DNA from: Candidatus Iainarchaeum sp. | Lineage (GTDB): Archaea; Iainarchaeota; Iainarchaeia; Iainarchaeales; GCA-2688035 | Length of the DNA stretch: 32,000 bases | Assembly (NCBI GenBank): GCA_028713935.1 | Contig: JAQTNI010000008.1 | Coordinates: forward strand, 3,846-35,845 | Direction: 5' to 3' | Position numbers and translations under genes: made by a program | In this document: piece by piece, positions 8,173-17,321 of the stretch | Position numbering within the stretch: position 1 is the first letter of the stretch | Layout of the letters: every line of letters begins with the position of its first letter | Notes under the pieces: generated by a model | What the model saw: the letters and a program-made list of their open reading frames with translations, nothing else | What the model was told of the DNA's origin: nothing | The model's database searches: none

Positions 8173-10361
8173 TTCTTATCGTTTCTGAAAAGCCTATTGC
8201 GGGAGAAAGGATTACTGCCATTCTTTCCGATGGAAAATTCCAGACCCAGGGAAGCGGAAGGGCTGTTTTTTTTGTTTTTGAGAAATCAGGCCAGCAATTC
8301 ACCACTGTTCCCTTGAAGGGGCATGTCAGGGATGTGGATTTTCCTGTCCAGTACCAGAGCTGGATTGGGACTGATTTGAAGCAGCTTGCCAATGCAAAAA
8401 TAAATTATATTGACACTGAAAAGGAAATTGTTGAATTGCTCAAAAAGGTCGCTCCAAGCGCGGAAAAAATAATTATTGCAACAGATGCTGACAGGGAAGG
8501 CGAATCAATCGGCCTTGAGGCTTTGAATGCAGTGAAATCAGTCAATCCAAAAATAAAAGTTGAAAGGGCAATTTTTTCAGCCATAACCCCTAAAGACATA
8601 AATCCTGCTTTTGAAAAGCCAGTTGCCTTTGATTATAATCTGGCCGATTCTGCCGATGCGCGCAGGGAAATTGACCTTGTCTGGGGAGCAGCGCTTACAA
8701 GATTTTTGTCAATTGTTTCAGGAAAGCTTGGAAAAGAATTTTTGAGCGCAGGAAGAGTCCAGATGCCAACCCTGAAACTTATTGTTGACAGGGAAAAAGA
8801 AAGAACTGCTTTTCTAATAAAGCCTTTCTGGGAATTACAGGCAATTTTTAGGAAAGGTACAGAACAATTCCCCGCAGAACATAAGAAAGGAAGGTTCTGG
8901 AACAAGGAAGAGGCAGAAAAGGCTTTTGACTGCCAAAAACCCCCAATCGGAATTGTTTTAAGCGTGGAAAAAAAGCACAGGATAATTTCAAAGCCAATTC
9001 CTTTCAACACAACAGGCTTTTTAAGAAGCGCAACCGCAATCGGGTTTTCAGCAAGCCAGGCAATGAGCATTGCTGAATCCTTGTACCAGGCAGGGTTTAT
9101 TTCTTATCCCAGGACTGACAATTCCGTTTATCCCGCGAGCCTTGACATCAGGGCAACTCTGGCAGAGCTTGGAAAAGTAAAGGAATTTTCAAAGGACACT
9201 GAAAAATTGCTTGCCATGAAACAGATTGTCCCGAGCAGGGGCAAGGAGGCAAAAGACCATCCTCCTGTGCATCCTGTTGCTGCCGCAAAAAAAGATTTTT
9301 TGGCTTTGCAGCAATGGAAAATTTATGAGCTTGTCTGCAGGCATTTTTTTGCTACTCTTGCAGAGGATGCTGAAACAGAAAACATGCTTGTTGAAATTGA
9401 TTTGAATAAGCAGCCTTTTGTTGCGCATGGGCAGATTTTTACAAAGCTTGGCTGGAAAGAATTTTACCGTTATTCAAAGGCAACAGAAGTAGAACTTCCA
9501 AAGCTTGAAAAAGGCGACAAGCTTGATTTGGTGAAGCTTGATTTGCTTGAAAAGGCAACAGAGCCTCCTGCGCGTTACAGCCAGGGTGCACTGATAAAAT
9601 TAATGTCTGACTTGAATCTCGGGACAAAGGCAACCCGCGCGGAAATAATCCAAAAGCTTTATGCAAGGCAGTATATTTCAGGGCAGAAGGCAATTGTCCC
9701 GAACAGGATTGCTTTTGCAGTGATTGATTCCCTTGAAAAATACGGTGAAAAAGTTGTCAAGCCAGAAATGACTTCTGACCTTGAAAAAGAAATGGATATT
9801 GTTGCTGCGGGTTCAAGGCAGAAAGAATCAGTTGTTGAAGAATCAAGGGGATTTTTGCTCGGCATTCTGGATGAATTGTTGAAGAACAGGGCAAATATTG
9901 GCTCTCTCATAAGGGATGCTGCGAGGTCTGATTCCATTGTTGGAAAATGCGGAAAAGGTGGCTGTGAAGGAAATTTGATAATAAGGCATGGCAGGACTGG
10001 CAAAAGGTTTTTGGGCTGCACAAAGTATCCCCAATGCACAAACACTTTCCCCCTTCCCCAAAAAGGAAAAATTATTCCTACTGAAAAAAAATGCCCTGAC
10101 TGCGGCAATATTGTAATCCAGGTTGCTGGCGGAAGGCGCAGGTTTGAAATGTGCATTGACATGAACTGCAAAAGCAAGGATGCCTGGAAAAAAGCCTCAC
10201 TCGAAAAAGCTGCAAAAAAAGAAGCCGATGAAAAAGCAAAGGCAGCTGAAGTAATTCCCGCAGAAAAAGCAATTGAAAAGCCAGTGAAAGAAAAAAAGAG
10301 GCAGTTGAAAAAACCAGCAAAAAAGCCAAAAAAAGAAAAGAACAAACCCCAAAAAATTTAA
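8169..10361 (+). CDS. topA: DNA topoisomerase, type IA (archaeal TopA/Topo III-like)
   Basis: TOPRIM motifs (ILIVSEKP, IIIATDADREGESIG), active-site tyrosine context GFISYPRTDNS, and two Zn-ribbon-like Cys clusters (CGKGGCEG...GCTKYPQC and CPDCGN...CIDMNC). The C-terminal tail is Lys-rich. Confidence 0.9.
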   Translation: MILIVSEKPIAGERITAILSDGKFQTQGSGRAVFFVFEKSGQQFTTVPLKGHVRDVDFPVQYQSWIGTDLKQLANAKINYIDTEKEIVELLKKVAPSAEKIIIATDADREGESIGLEALNAVKSVNPKIKVERAIFSAITPKDINPAFEKPVAFDYNLADSADARREIDLVWGAALTRFLSIVSGKLGKEFLSAGRVQMPTLKLIVDREKERTAFLIKPFWELQAIFRKGTEQFPAEHKKGRFWNKEEAEKAFDCQKPPIGIVLSVEKKHRIISKPIPFNTTGFLRSATAIGFSASQAMSIAESLYQAGFISYPRTDNSVYPASLDIRATLAELGKVKEFSKDTEKLLAMKQIVPSRGKEAKDHPPVHPVAAAKKDFLALQQWKIYELVCRHFFATLAEDAETENMLVEIDLNKQPFVAHGQIFTKLGWKEFYRYSKATEVELPKLEKGDKLDLVKLDLLEKATEPPARYSQGALIKLMSDLNLGTKATRAEIIQKLYARQYISGQKAIVPNRIAFAVIDSLEKYGEKVVKPEMTSDLEKEMDIVAAGSRQKESVVEESRGFLLGILDELLKNRANIGSLIRDAARSDSIVGKCGKGGCEGNLIIRHGRTGKRFLGCTKYPQCTNTFPLPQKGKIIPTEKKCPDCGNIVIQVAGGRRRFEMCIDMNCKSKDAWKKASLEKAAKKEADEKAKAAEVIPAEKAIEKPVKEKKRQLKKPAKKPKKEKNKPQKI

Positions 10362-10415
10362 CTATTCTTTTTATACTGTCATCTATTTATACACTCCGAT
10401 CAGAAGGTATTTGTT

Positions 10416-10883
10416 ATGGCTGGAAGGATTCGTTCAGTTGGAAAAAGAGCGTGGGCCACTATTCGTGGTAGCATGGCAAGGAAACCTGTCTTCAGGGGCA
10501 GAAAAATAGGCGTTGATGCGCAAGAGGCTGTTTTTCATTTGAAGGATGCACGGTTGACACGAACCATTGGCACAGTGTTTGCAGCTCTTTCTGGGGTTGG
10601 GATTCAGCATCATGCAATTGCGAAGGGCGCGCAGGCAGTAGCCAATGCCATGATTTTTCAGATGGTTGCAGTGAACGGAATAAGGAGTGCAACAAAGTTT
10701 GTTGGAAAAGAATTGTCAAAAGAAGCTTTACAAAATCAAGACCTTAAAACTTTTCTGCAATCTTACAAATTTGTGATTATTGACAGGAAAGGCAGAATCA
10801 GGGGCACTGATCAAAAGCAAGTTTTGCAAGGGGTTGGCAGGATTCGCTTAGAAACAAGTAGAATTTTGAACAACTGGTATTAA
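10416..10883 (+). CDS. Hypothetical protein with repeated GRIR motifs
   Basis: 155-aa ORF with an ATG start, two TTTATAC elements and AAGGT upstream. It contains MAGRIRS, KGRIRG and VGRIRL. No recognisable family. Confidence 0.5.
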   Translation: MAGRIRSVGKRAWATIRGSMARKPVFRGRKIGVDAQEAVFHLKDARLTRTIGTVFAALSGVGIQHHAIAKGAQAVANAMIFQMVAVNGIRSATKFVGKELSKEALQNQDLKTFLQSYKFVIIDRKGRIRGTDQKQVLQGVGRIRLETSRILNNWY

Positions 10884-11161
10884 CATAATTTGTTCTTTTT
10901 GTTATTTCGGCTAATTGGCAATTTTTTTACAATAACAACTAATGCGGAAAATTTGAAAGAAGAGGGCCTTTAAAAAAGAAGAACTGAACTTAAGGTGAGC
11001 CTATCCCTCTTCTCCCAACTCAATTGGTTTTGTCCTCCTAAGTTATGGTATAGATATACGGCTGTTCCTAAATATATAAAACAACTGACTTTTGATGTAA
11101 CAAAAAATACATTTTAAATATCTTTGATGTGATATTTTTAATATTGGAATTGGTTTTTTTT

Positions 11162-11701
11162 ATGGCTTCTGCACCGAAACTTGATGATTCTATCCGCCTT
11201 AAAATTCTTGAGGCTTTATTGAAAAATGGCACTGTCACTCCCCATATAAGGCAGATTCAGAAAATAACAGGCTTCCACAAGGCCACAATCAAAAGTTCCC
11301 TTGATTTTTTGAAAAAAGAAGGCGTTGTTCAGGGCTTTGGCCCGAAAATTAACATGAAAAAATTCGGCCAGTCACTTGAAGTTTTTTTCTTTCTGCAGGC
11401 AGACACTTCGCAAAAAAAAATTTTTGAAAAATTTTTGGAAACAGCAAAAGATGATCCCCATCTTTTCAGGATTTCCGCAATAATCGGCTCGGGTAACTGG
11501 AACCTGCTTGCGCGCTTCCTTTACAGGGATGTTGAGTCTTTTCACCATGAACTGCAAAAAAAATATTATGATGCGATTCCGGGCTTTTATGATTTGGTGA
11601 AAAACAGGCAGGTTTTTTATGCAACAGAGCCGCAGTACAAAGGCTCTTCAATAACAGATTCAATAATCCAGATATTAAAAAAAGAAAAGGGGCTTGACTG
11701 A
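11162..11701 (+). CDS. Winged-helix transcriptional regulator, Lrp/AsnC-like
   Basis: The ATG at 11162 (MASAPKLDD...) has TTTTTAATATT about 20 nt upstream. The wHTH is LKILEALLKNGTVTPHIRQIQKITGFHKATIKSSLDFLKKEGVV. A C-terminal AsnC-like segment reads LEVFFFLQAD...HLFRISAIIGSGNWNLLARFLY. Confidence 0.6.
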   Translation: MASAPKLDDSIRLKILEALLKNGTVTPHIRQIQKITGFHKATIKSSLDFLKKEGVVQGFGPKINMKKFGQSLEVFFFLQADTSQKKIFEKFLETAKDDPHLFRISAIIGSGNWNLLARFLYRDVESFHHELQKKYYDAIPGFYDLVKNRQVFYATEPQYKGSSITDSIIQILKKEKGLD

Positions 11702-12500
11702 CTTGGAAATAGAGCTTGACATTAACAAGAGCCTTGAAGAGAATGCTGCGCATTTTTTTGAGGAAAGCAAGAAGGCAAAGAAAAAGCTCAAAGGCCTGCT
11801 TCCTGCAATAGGGGAAACAGAGAAAAAAACAGCGAATATTGAAAAAGGGCAGTCGAAAAAGGAAGATGCCCTGCCATTGAAGAAAAGAAACAGGGCCTGG
11901 TTTGAGGCTTTTCACTGGTTTTTTTCAAGCGATGGGCTTCTTGTTATTGCGGGAAGAAGCGCAAAGGAAAATGAGCAGTTAGTGAAAAGGCATCTTGAAG
12001 AAGGGGATTTGTTTTTGCATGCTGATATTCAGGGAGGCGCTGCCACAATTGTCAAGCCTGAAGGAAAAAAAATTCCTGAAATTACATTGCTTGAAGCTGC
12101 AAATTTTGCGGGTGTTTTTTCCAAGGCCTGGCAATCTGGAATTCCTTCTGTTGAAGTTTATGCTGTTTCAAAAGAACAGGTTTCAAAAAAAGCCCCAACT
12201 GGGGAAGCGCTTTCAACTGGCGGCTTTATGATTTATGGTAAAAGGCAGTGGTTCAAGGCGGAAATGAAACTTGCAATTGGCCTTAAGAGGGAAGGTGATT
12301 ATTTCATTGTAATTTCCGGGCCAGTGAATGCAGTGAAAAAACAGGCAGTTGCCGTAGTTGAAATAAAGCAGGGGAATTTGAAGGCAAGTGAAGCCGCAAA
12401 AAAAATCCTGAAAAAATTTTCAGAACAATTGAAACAGGAACCCAAGATAAGCCTTGATGAAATAATAAGAATGCTGCCAAGCTCAGATATTGGTTTTTAA
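11694..12500 (+). CDS. NFACT-R (DUF814) domain protein, related to the C-terminal part of Rqc2/RqcH/FbpA
   Basis: WFEAFHWFFSSDGLLVIAGRSAKENEQLVKRHLEEGDLFLHADIQGGAATIVKP followed by EAANFAGVFSKAW matches the NFACT-R pattern. There is no ATG before residue ~180, so the start must be TTG (11694 or 11703), and it overlaps the upstream stop. Confidence 0.65.
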   Translation: MTDLEIELDINKSLEENAAHFFEESKKAKKKLKGLLPAIGETEKKTANIEKGQSKKEDALPLKKRNRAWFEAFHWFFSSDGLLVIAGRSAKENEQLVKRHLEEGDLFLHADIQGGAATIVKPEGKKIPEITLLEAANFAGVFSKAWQSGIPSVEVYAVSKEQVSKKAPTGEALSTGGFMIYGKRQWFKAEMKLAIGLKREGDYFIVISGPVNAVKKQAVAVVEIKQGNLKASEAAKKILKKFSEQLKQEPKISLDEIIRMLPSSDIGF

Positions 12501-12580
12501 TTGCTTTCGGAGGGATTATTTTTTTTGGGAGCTTGTTTTTTTAGTTTTTGTTTTTTTAGTGTTAGTTGTAGTTGGTTTTT

Positions 12581-14758
12581 ATGAACAAGATGAACGAGGT
12601 TGTTTTGAAGGTTGAGGACCCTGACCCGAGCCATGTGGGCAGGAATATTGTAACACTGGATATGCAGACAAAGCAATTGCTTGGCATTACTTCCGGGGAT
12701 ATTGTTGAATTGCAGGGCACAAAAAAAACAGCCGCGATTGTCTGGCCTGCAAGGCCTGAGGATGAAGGAAGGCAGATTGTCAGGATGGATTCTTACATAA
12801 GGCACAATGCGGGCGCTTCTTCAGGGGAAAAAGTCACTGTGCGCAGGGCAGATGTGAAAGAGGCAAAAAAAGTTGTTCTTGCCCCCACAGAAGAAATCCG
12901 GATTATTGCTTCCGGCTATGACAGGATTTTGAAAAAAAGCTTTTTGGGAAGGCCTCTTAATTCCGGAGACAGTGTTTGGGTCAGTGTTTTTGGCTCTGGA
13001 AGGGGATTTGTTTACAAGGTTGTTGAAACAAATCCAAGGGGCACAGTAAAAATTACTGATTCAACTGATTTTATTTTAAAAGACAAGCCTGCCAAGGGAG
13101 AATTAGAGGGCTTGCCAAAGGTTGCTTATGAGGATATTGGCGGCCTTGAAGAGCAGGTCAGGAAAGTAAGGGAAATGATTGAATTGCCAATGAGGCATCC
13201 AGAGCTTTTCAGGAAACTTGGAATTGACCCTCCTAAAGGCGTGTTATTGTATGGGCCTCCAGGCACAGGCAAGACAATGCTTGCAAAGGCTGTTGCAAAT
13301 GAAACAAATGCGCATTTTATTTCAATTAATGCGCCTGCAATTATGTCAAAATTTGTCGGAGAGGCAGAGGAAAGAGTCAGGCAATTGTTCAAGGAAGCAG
13401 AGGAAAATGCCCCGAGCATTATTTTTATTGATGAAATTGATGCCATTGCGCCCAAGCGCGAAGAAGTTTTTGGTGAAGTTGAAAGGCGCGTTGTGGCGCA
13501 AATCCTCGCATTGATGGATGGGCTTGAGGCAAGGGGAGGAGTAATTGTAATTGCAGCTACAAACAGGGTTAATTCAATTGATGAGGCTTTGAGAAGGCCT
13601 GGAAGGTTTGACAGGGAAATAGAATTTCCTGTTCCTGACAAAAAATCAAGGAAACAGATTTTGCAGATTCACACAAGGGGAATGCCTCTTGCAAAGGACG
13701 TTGACCTGGATTATTTTGCAAACATTACCCATGGTTTTGTAGGGGCTGATTTGTCTGCCTTGTCAAAAGAAGCTGCCATGAAGGCTTTGCGCAGGTATTT
13801 GCCAAAAATCAATCTTGAAGAGGAAACAATCCCTCAAGAAGTTTTGGAAACCTTGGAGGTTAATCATAATGATTTTTTGCTTGGTCTGAAAGATGTGCAG
13901 CCAAGCGCTTTGAGGGAGGTTACTGTTGAAATTCCAAATGTCAAATGGAGTGACATTGGCGGCCTTGAAAGTGTAAAGGATGAATTGAAGCAGGTTGTTG
14001 AATGGCCATTGAAGCACCCTGATTCTTTCAAAAAAATGGGAATCAAGCCTCCGAAAGGCGTGTTGTTGTACGGCCCTCCCGGAACTGGAAAAACTTTGCT
14101 TGCAAAGGCTGTTGCAAATGAAAGCGAAGCGAATTTTATTTCAATCAAGGGGCCTGAGCTTTTGAGCATGTGGGTTGGCCAGAGCGAGCTTGGCATAAGA
14201 AAAATTTTTAAAAAAGCAAGGCAGGTTGCTCCTGTAATTGTTTTTTTTGACGAAATTGATTCCATTGCAAGCACAAGGGGTTTTGCTGCTGACAGCGGTG
14301 TTACCCAGAGAGTTGTCAACCAGCTTCTTACTGAGCTTGACGGAGTTGAGGATTTGGTAAATGTTGTTTTTTTGGCTGCAACCAACAGGCCTGATTTGAT
14401 TGACCCTGCATTGTTAAGGCCAGGCAGGATTGACAAGATAATCAAGGTTGAGGCTCCTGATGAAAAAACAAGGCTGGCTATTTTGAAGGTGCATACTTCA
14501 GGAGTAAAGCTTGCCAAAAGCGTTGATCTGAATGAATTGGCAAAAAAGACAGAGAATTTTACTGGTGCCGATATTGAAGGGTTGGTGAGAGAGGCTGCGC
14601 TTTCTGTCCTGAAGGAAAACAAAATGGAACCGAAGCCGATTGAAAAAAGGCATTTTGATGAAATAATTTCAAAAATAAGGGGCAGCATTACAAAGGAAAA
14701 AGAAAAGGTTTATGATGAATTTGAAGAGAATGTCGGAAGCATCAGTTATGTCGGCTGA
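12581..14758 (+). CDS. cdc48: Cdc48/VCP/p97-type AAA+ ATPase
   Basis: Cdc48 N-domain (VGRNIVTLD..., GDIVELQG), followed by two AAA modules, each with GPPGTGKT and a Walker B (IIFIDEIDA and [10 protein letters not shown]) and SRH regions. The ATG at 12581 is preferred over the upstream TTG. Confidence 0.92.
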   Translation: MNKMNEVVLKVEDPDPSHVGRNIVTLDMQTKQLLGITSGDIVELQGTKKTAAIVWPARPEDEGRQIVRMDSYIRHNAGASSGEKVTVRRADVKEAKKVVLAPTEEIRIIASGYDRILKKSFLGRPLNSGDSVWVSVFGSGRGFVYKVVETNPRGTVKITDSTDFILKDKPAKGELEGLPKVAYEDIGGLEEQVRKVREMIELPMRHPELFRKLGIDPPKGVLLYGPPGTGKTMLAKAVANETNAHFISINAPAIMSKFVGEAEERVRQLFKEAEENAPSIIFIDEIDAIAPKREEVFGEVERRVVAQILALMDGLEARGGVIVIAATNRVNSIDEALRRPGRFDREIEFPVPDKKSRKQILQIHTRGMPLAKDVDLDYFANITHGFVGADLSALSKEAAMKALRRYLPKINLEEETIPQEVLETLEVNHNDFLLGLKDVQPSALREVTVEIPNVKWSDIGGLESVKDELKQVVEWPLKHPDSFKKMGIKPPKGVLLYGPPGTGKTLLAKAVANESEANFISIKGPELLSMWVGQSELGIRKIFKKARQVAPVIVFFDEIDSIASTRGFAADSGVTQRVVNQLLTELDGVEDLVNVVFLAATNRPDLIDPALLRPGRIDKIIKVEAPDEKTRLAILKVHTSGVKLAKSVDLNELAKKTENFTGADIEGLVREAALSVLKENKMEPKPIEKRHFDEIISKIRGSITKEKEKVYDEFEENVGSISYVG

Positions 14759-14760
14759 CT

Positions 14761-14802
14761 GCTGATTTAAATTTGCAATTCAATGCTTTTTTTTTAATCA
14801 GC
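14761..14802. terminator. Shared convergent terminator region: inverted repeat plus a T9 run
   Basis: GCTGATT (14761-14767) and AATCAGC (14796-14802) flank a T9 run (14787-14795), between the convergent cdc48 and M50 protease genes. Confidence 0.3.
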
Positions 14803-15385
14803 CCAGCACTGGAAAAAATAAGATTGCGCCAAGCGGAAAAAAGCATGCCGCCCAAATCAAGGGGTTCCAGACAAGGACTTTGCTTCCGTCAAGCGGCGGG
14901 ATTGGCAGCAAATTGAAAAATCCAAGCCAGAGGTTTATCAGTATTCCGTATCTTGCAATTTCAATTGTCATTGGGTTTGCTGACAAAACCAGGATTAATG
15001 CGAAAACAATTCCAATTGCAATATTTGTAAGCGGCCCTGCAATTGAAATTATTCCGTTTTGCCGCCTGTCAATGTTTTCCCCTTCAATGTAAACAGCGCC
15101 CATTGCCGCAAAAATAAATCCAAAAAAAGAGGATATTAATGCAAATATTAACCCAAAATTCCAGACCCTGTATTCTGCATGTGCCCCGAAATGCTTTGCG
15201 ACCTGCCTGTGGGCCAGTTCATGCAGTATGAAGCCGGCGCCTACTGCAATCATGCTTGTTGCAAGGGCGAATGAAAAATCATTGAAATTCCCGATATTCA
15301 GAAAATCCCTGCCGAGCAGTATTGCAAAGGCAACGCTGATTGTTATGTAGGAAATGAATAAATCTCGGAATTCTGTTTTGTTCAT
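14798..15385 (-). CDS. Site-2 protease family (M50) membrane metalloprotease
   Basis: HELAHR (HExxH) lies in a TM helix, and FNLLPIPPLDGSKV is the NxxPxxxLDG motif. The ATG at 15385 (MNKTEF) is preferred over the upstream TTG. Confidence 0.8.
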   Translation of the reverse strand: MNKTEFRDLFISYITISVAFAILLGRDFLNIGNFNDFSFALATSMIAVGAGFILHELAHRQVAKHFGAHAEYRVWNFGLIFALISSFFGFIFAAMGAVYIEGENIDRRQNGIISIAGPLTNIAIGIVFALILVLSANPMTIEIARYGILINLWLGFFNLLPIPPLDGSKVLVWNPLIWAACFFPLGAILFFPVLG

Positions 15386-15489
15386 AAAAAATTTTTTCTG
15401 GAAAACAATTAAAAAAGCCAATTGTTCAATGTTCGTTTTTTGCCGAATTGGGGCAATGTTTTTTAAATTCTCTTTATGCGATTTGGTTT

Positions 15490-15669
15490 ATGAAGAGATT
15501 TTTTTTGCAGGAAAAAGCGCAGATTTCAATTGAAATGATAATTGTTTTGGCTGCTGTGGTTGCCCTTGTTTTGCTTTTTGTTTCCCAGTTGAGGCAGACA
15601 AGCGAGCAGGGAACAAAGGCAATTGATGACAAGACCAAAAAGATTTTTGACGAAATAGGCAAGATTTGA
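15490..15669 (+). CDS. Small class III signal peptide (archaeal type IV pilin-like) protein
   Basis: MKRFFLQEKA/QISIEMIIVLAAVVALVLLFV has a short basic leader, Q at +1, E at +5 and a hydrophobic helix. TTTTTTAAATT lies about 25 nt upstream of the ATG. Confidence 0.6.
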   Translation: MKRFFLQEKAQISIEMIIVLAAVVALVLLFVSQLRQTSEQGTKAIDDKTKKIFDEIGKI

Positions 15670-16094
15670 AGGTTTTGGTTTTGCACAGTGCACAGGTTTC
15701 CTTGGAGTTTCTGCTTGTCTTGCTTGGCTTTGCAGCTGTTTTTGCTGCCTTGCTTCCTTTTTATGTGGTGGCATACAATGCGGGTGTTTTTGCGCTTGAT
15801 TCAATGAATGCAAAAAGGTTTGTGAATTCAGTTGAGGGCGCTGTTTTGGAACTGGATTCGCTTGGAAATGGTTCCAGCATTGCAATCTCAGCCAGCCCTT
15901 CGCTTAAATGGAAAATTTTTTCTGAAAAAAACGAGCTGTTTGTTTCTGTGCAGCCAGATTTTCAGGGCAAGGAAAAAACATTCAAGGCAATTTTTCCAGA
16001 CAGCATTGGTTTTTTGGAATTGGAATTTGATTCAAAGAAGAGTTTTGCCCTGGAAAAAATAAATGGAAAAATTTTATTCAAAAACCTTGATTGA
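15666..16094 (+). CDS. Class III signal peptide (pilin-like) protein
   Basis: The TTG start overlaps the upstream stop (TTGA). The N-terminus is MKVLVLHSA/QVSLEFLLVLLGFAAVFAALL, with the same QxSxE pattern. Confidence 0.55.
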   Translation: MKVLVLHSAQVSLEFLLVLLGFAAVFAALLPFYVVAYNAGVFALDSMNAKRFVNSVEGAVLELDSLGNGSSIAISASPSLKWKIFSEKNELFVSVQPDFQGKEKTFKAIFPDSIGFLELEFDSKKSFALEKINGKILFKNLD

Positions 16095-16514
16095 AATTCT
16101 TGTTTCCCCGCCTTCTGAACTAAAAAAATAAATTTCCGAGGCAATTGCTTTTTGAGTTTTGTTCCCGATTTGCAGGATTTTTCCGTCCAGGAAAATTTCC
16201 CCTCCCGCTTTGGGAAATGCGAATTCAAAGTCTTTTTGCATTTCTTCAGGGGCAAATTTTTGCTGTTTTGCCCAGATTTTTAGCAAATCATTTTCTTTCT
16301 GGAAAACAAGGAGTTCATGCAAATCCTTTTTCTCCTGCGGCATCTGCATTAACAGGAATCCAGAGAGCAGAATCAGGCTCAGTGCAGCTTCAAGCGAAAA
16401 AACAAACGCTTTTTGCGCAGCCTTTTTCCCACGCTGCAAAGCTCTGCTTTGCGGCGCGTCGCAAACCTTTTGGTTTGCAACGAGGCTTTTTGCGCAGCAA
16501 AAAGGCTTGTTCAA
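16074..16514 (-). CDS. Class III signal peptide (pilin-like) protein
   Basis: Contains ...RGKKAAQKA/FVFSLEAALSLILLSGFLL. The ATG at 16514 overlaps the upstream stop by 4 nt but gives a 35-aa leader. An in-frame TTG at 16439 would give a canonical short leader (QRGKKAAQKA). Confidence 0.5.
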   Translation of the reverse strand: MNKPFCCAKSLVANQKVCDAPQSRALQRGKKAAQKAFVFSLEAALSLILLSGFLLMQMPQEKKDLHELLVFQKENDLLKIWAKQQKFAPEEMQKDFEFAFPKAGGEIFLDGKILQIGNKTQKAIASEIYFFSSEGGETRISIKVFE

Positions 16515-16972
16515 TTGCAGCCCACCACAACGATTTTTGAAATTTTGCCTTCAACCAGCGCAATTCTTTCAACAGCGAGGCAGTTCTTTTTTTCTGAATT
16601 TTTTGAAAAAACAATTTTTTCGTCCGAACCACTGCCAGTTATTTTTACAAGCTTTATTTCGAATTCCCTGTTTTCAAAGCCGGAAATTTTTTGCATTTTT
16701 TCAGGGCTGATTTCATTGCTTTTCACCCTGTGTTTTTCTTCATCGAAAAAAGCGCTTCCAAAGAGGGGGGTTTCTTCGTTGCTGTTTTTTACAAGGCTGT
16801 CTGCTGCAAAAACAGTGTTTTTCCATAATTCAAAATTTTTTTCTGCAAAAACTTTTTCCCGCACGTTTTGCGCTATTGCAGAAGTGACCAGGAAAAGCAT
16901 GCAGATTGCCAGGGCAAAAGCAATCCCCGCGTCAAGGGAAAACACAAATCCCTGTTTACCTGTAATGTTCAC
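16511..16972 (-). CDS. Class III signal peptide (pilin-like) protein
   Basis: MNITGKQG/FVFSLDAGIAFALAICMLFLV. The FVFSL(D/E)A motif is shared with the downstream gene. Confidence 0.6.
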   Translation of the reverse strand: MNITGKQGFVFSLDAGIAFALAICMLFLVTSAIAQNVREKVFAEKNFELWKNTVFAADSLVKNSNEETPLFGSAFFDEEKHRVKSNEISPEKMQKISGFENREFEIKLVKITGSGSDEKIVFSKNSEKKNCLAVERIALVEGKISKIVVVGCN

Positions 16973-17321
16973 TTGTTTTCACTTCCAGAAAGCTTCTTCC
17001 GCCTGCCTGTGTTGTCTTAACCTGTTTTGCAATGCAAAAAGCGCTTTTTTCCTCCCCCTTAAAGAGGCTTTTTATTTCAAATTCCCTGCCTGCAAAGCAA
17101 TTCACGCTTGTTTTTTTCAATGAGGTTTCAGTGCTTGAAAAAAGCGCATTTGCCAGCAATGCGCATTCCTGTGCATTTGCTTCTGCAATGGAAATGTTTT
17201 CAGCCTGCAGAAAGCCCTGTTTTTGCTTTTCCACTCCCGCAAGTGCAATGCCTAAAAAGCCGATAAGGAAAAGAAAGGCAAGTATTGCTTCAAAATGAAT
17301 CTGGGCTTTTTTTCCCGTCAT
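16956..17321 (-). CDS. Class III signal peptide (pilin-like) protein
   Basis: MTGKKA/QIHFEAILAFLFLIGFLGIALAGV (Q at +1, E at +5). Confidence 0.6.
   Translation of the reverse strand: MTGKKAQIHFEAILAFLFLIGFLGIALAGVEKQKQGFLQAENISIAEANAQECALLANALFSSTETSLKKTSVNCFAGREFEIKSLFKGEEKSAFCIAKQVKTTQAGGRSFLEVKTSEHYR

Noticed and set aside
11085-11135. CTGA...TGATGT and TGATGTGA strings that look like D'/C' boxes
   Set aside because: There is no proper C box 12 nt upstream and no matching D box at the correct spacing, so the boxes do not assemble into a C/D sRNA architecture.
13864-14688. Long antisense ORFs inside strong genes: 13864-14688 and 13126-13641 in cdc48, 9659-10345 in topA, 23957-24643 and 24674-25165 in the GTPase gene, and 16159-17123 opposite the pilin-like genes
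   Set aside because: The opposite strand carries unambiguous domain motifs. The antisense translations are low-complexity (S/F/L/K-rich) with no motifs. Such shadow ORFs are expected in AT-rich, Lys/Glu-rich coding sequence.
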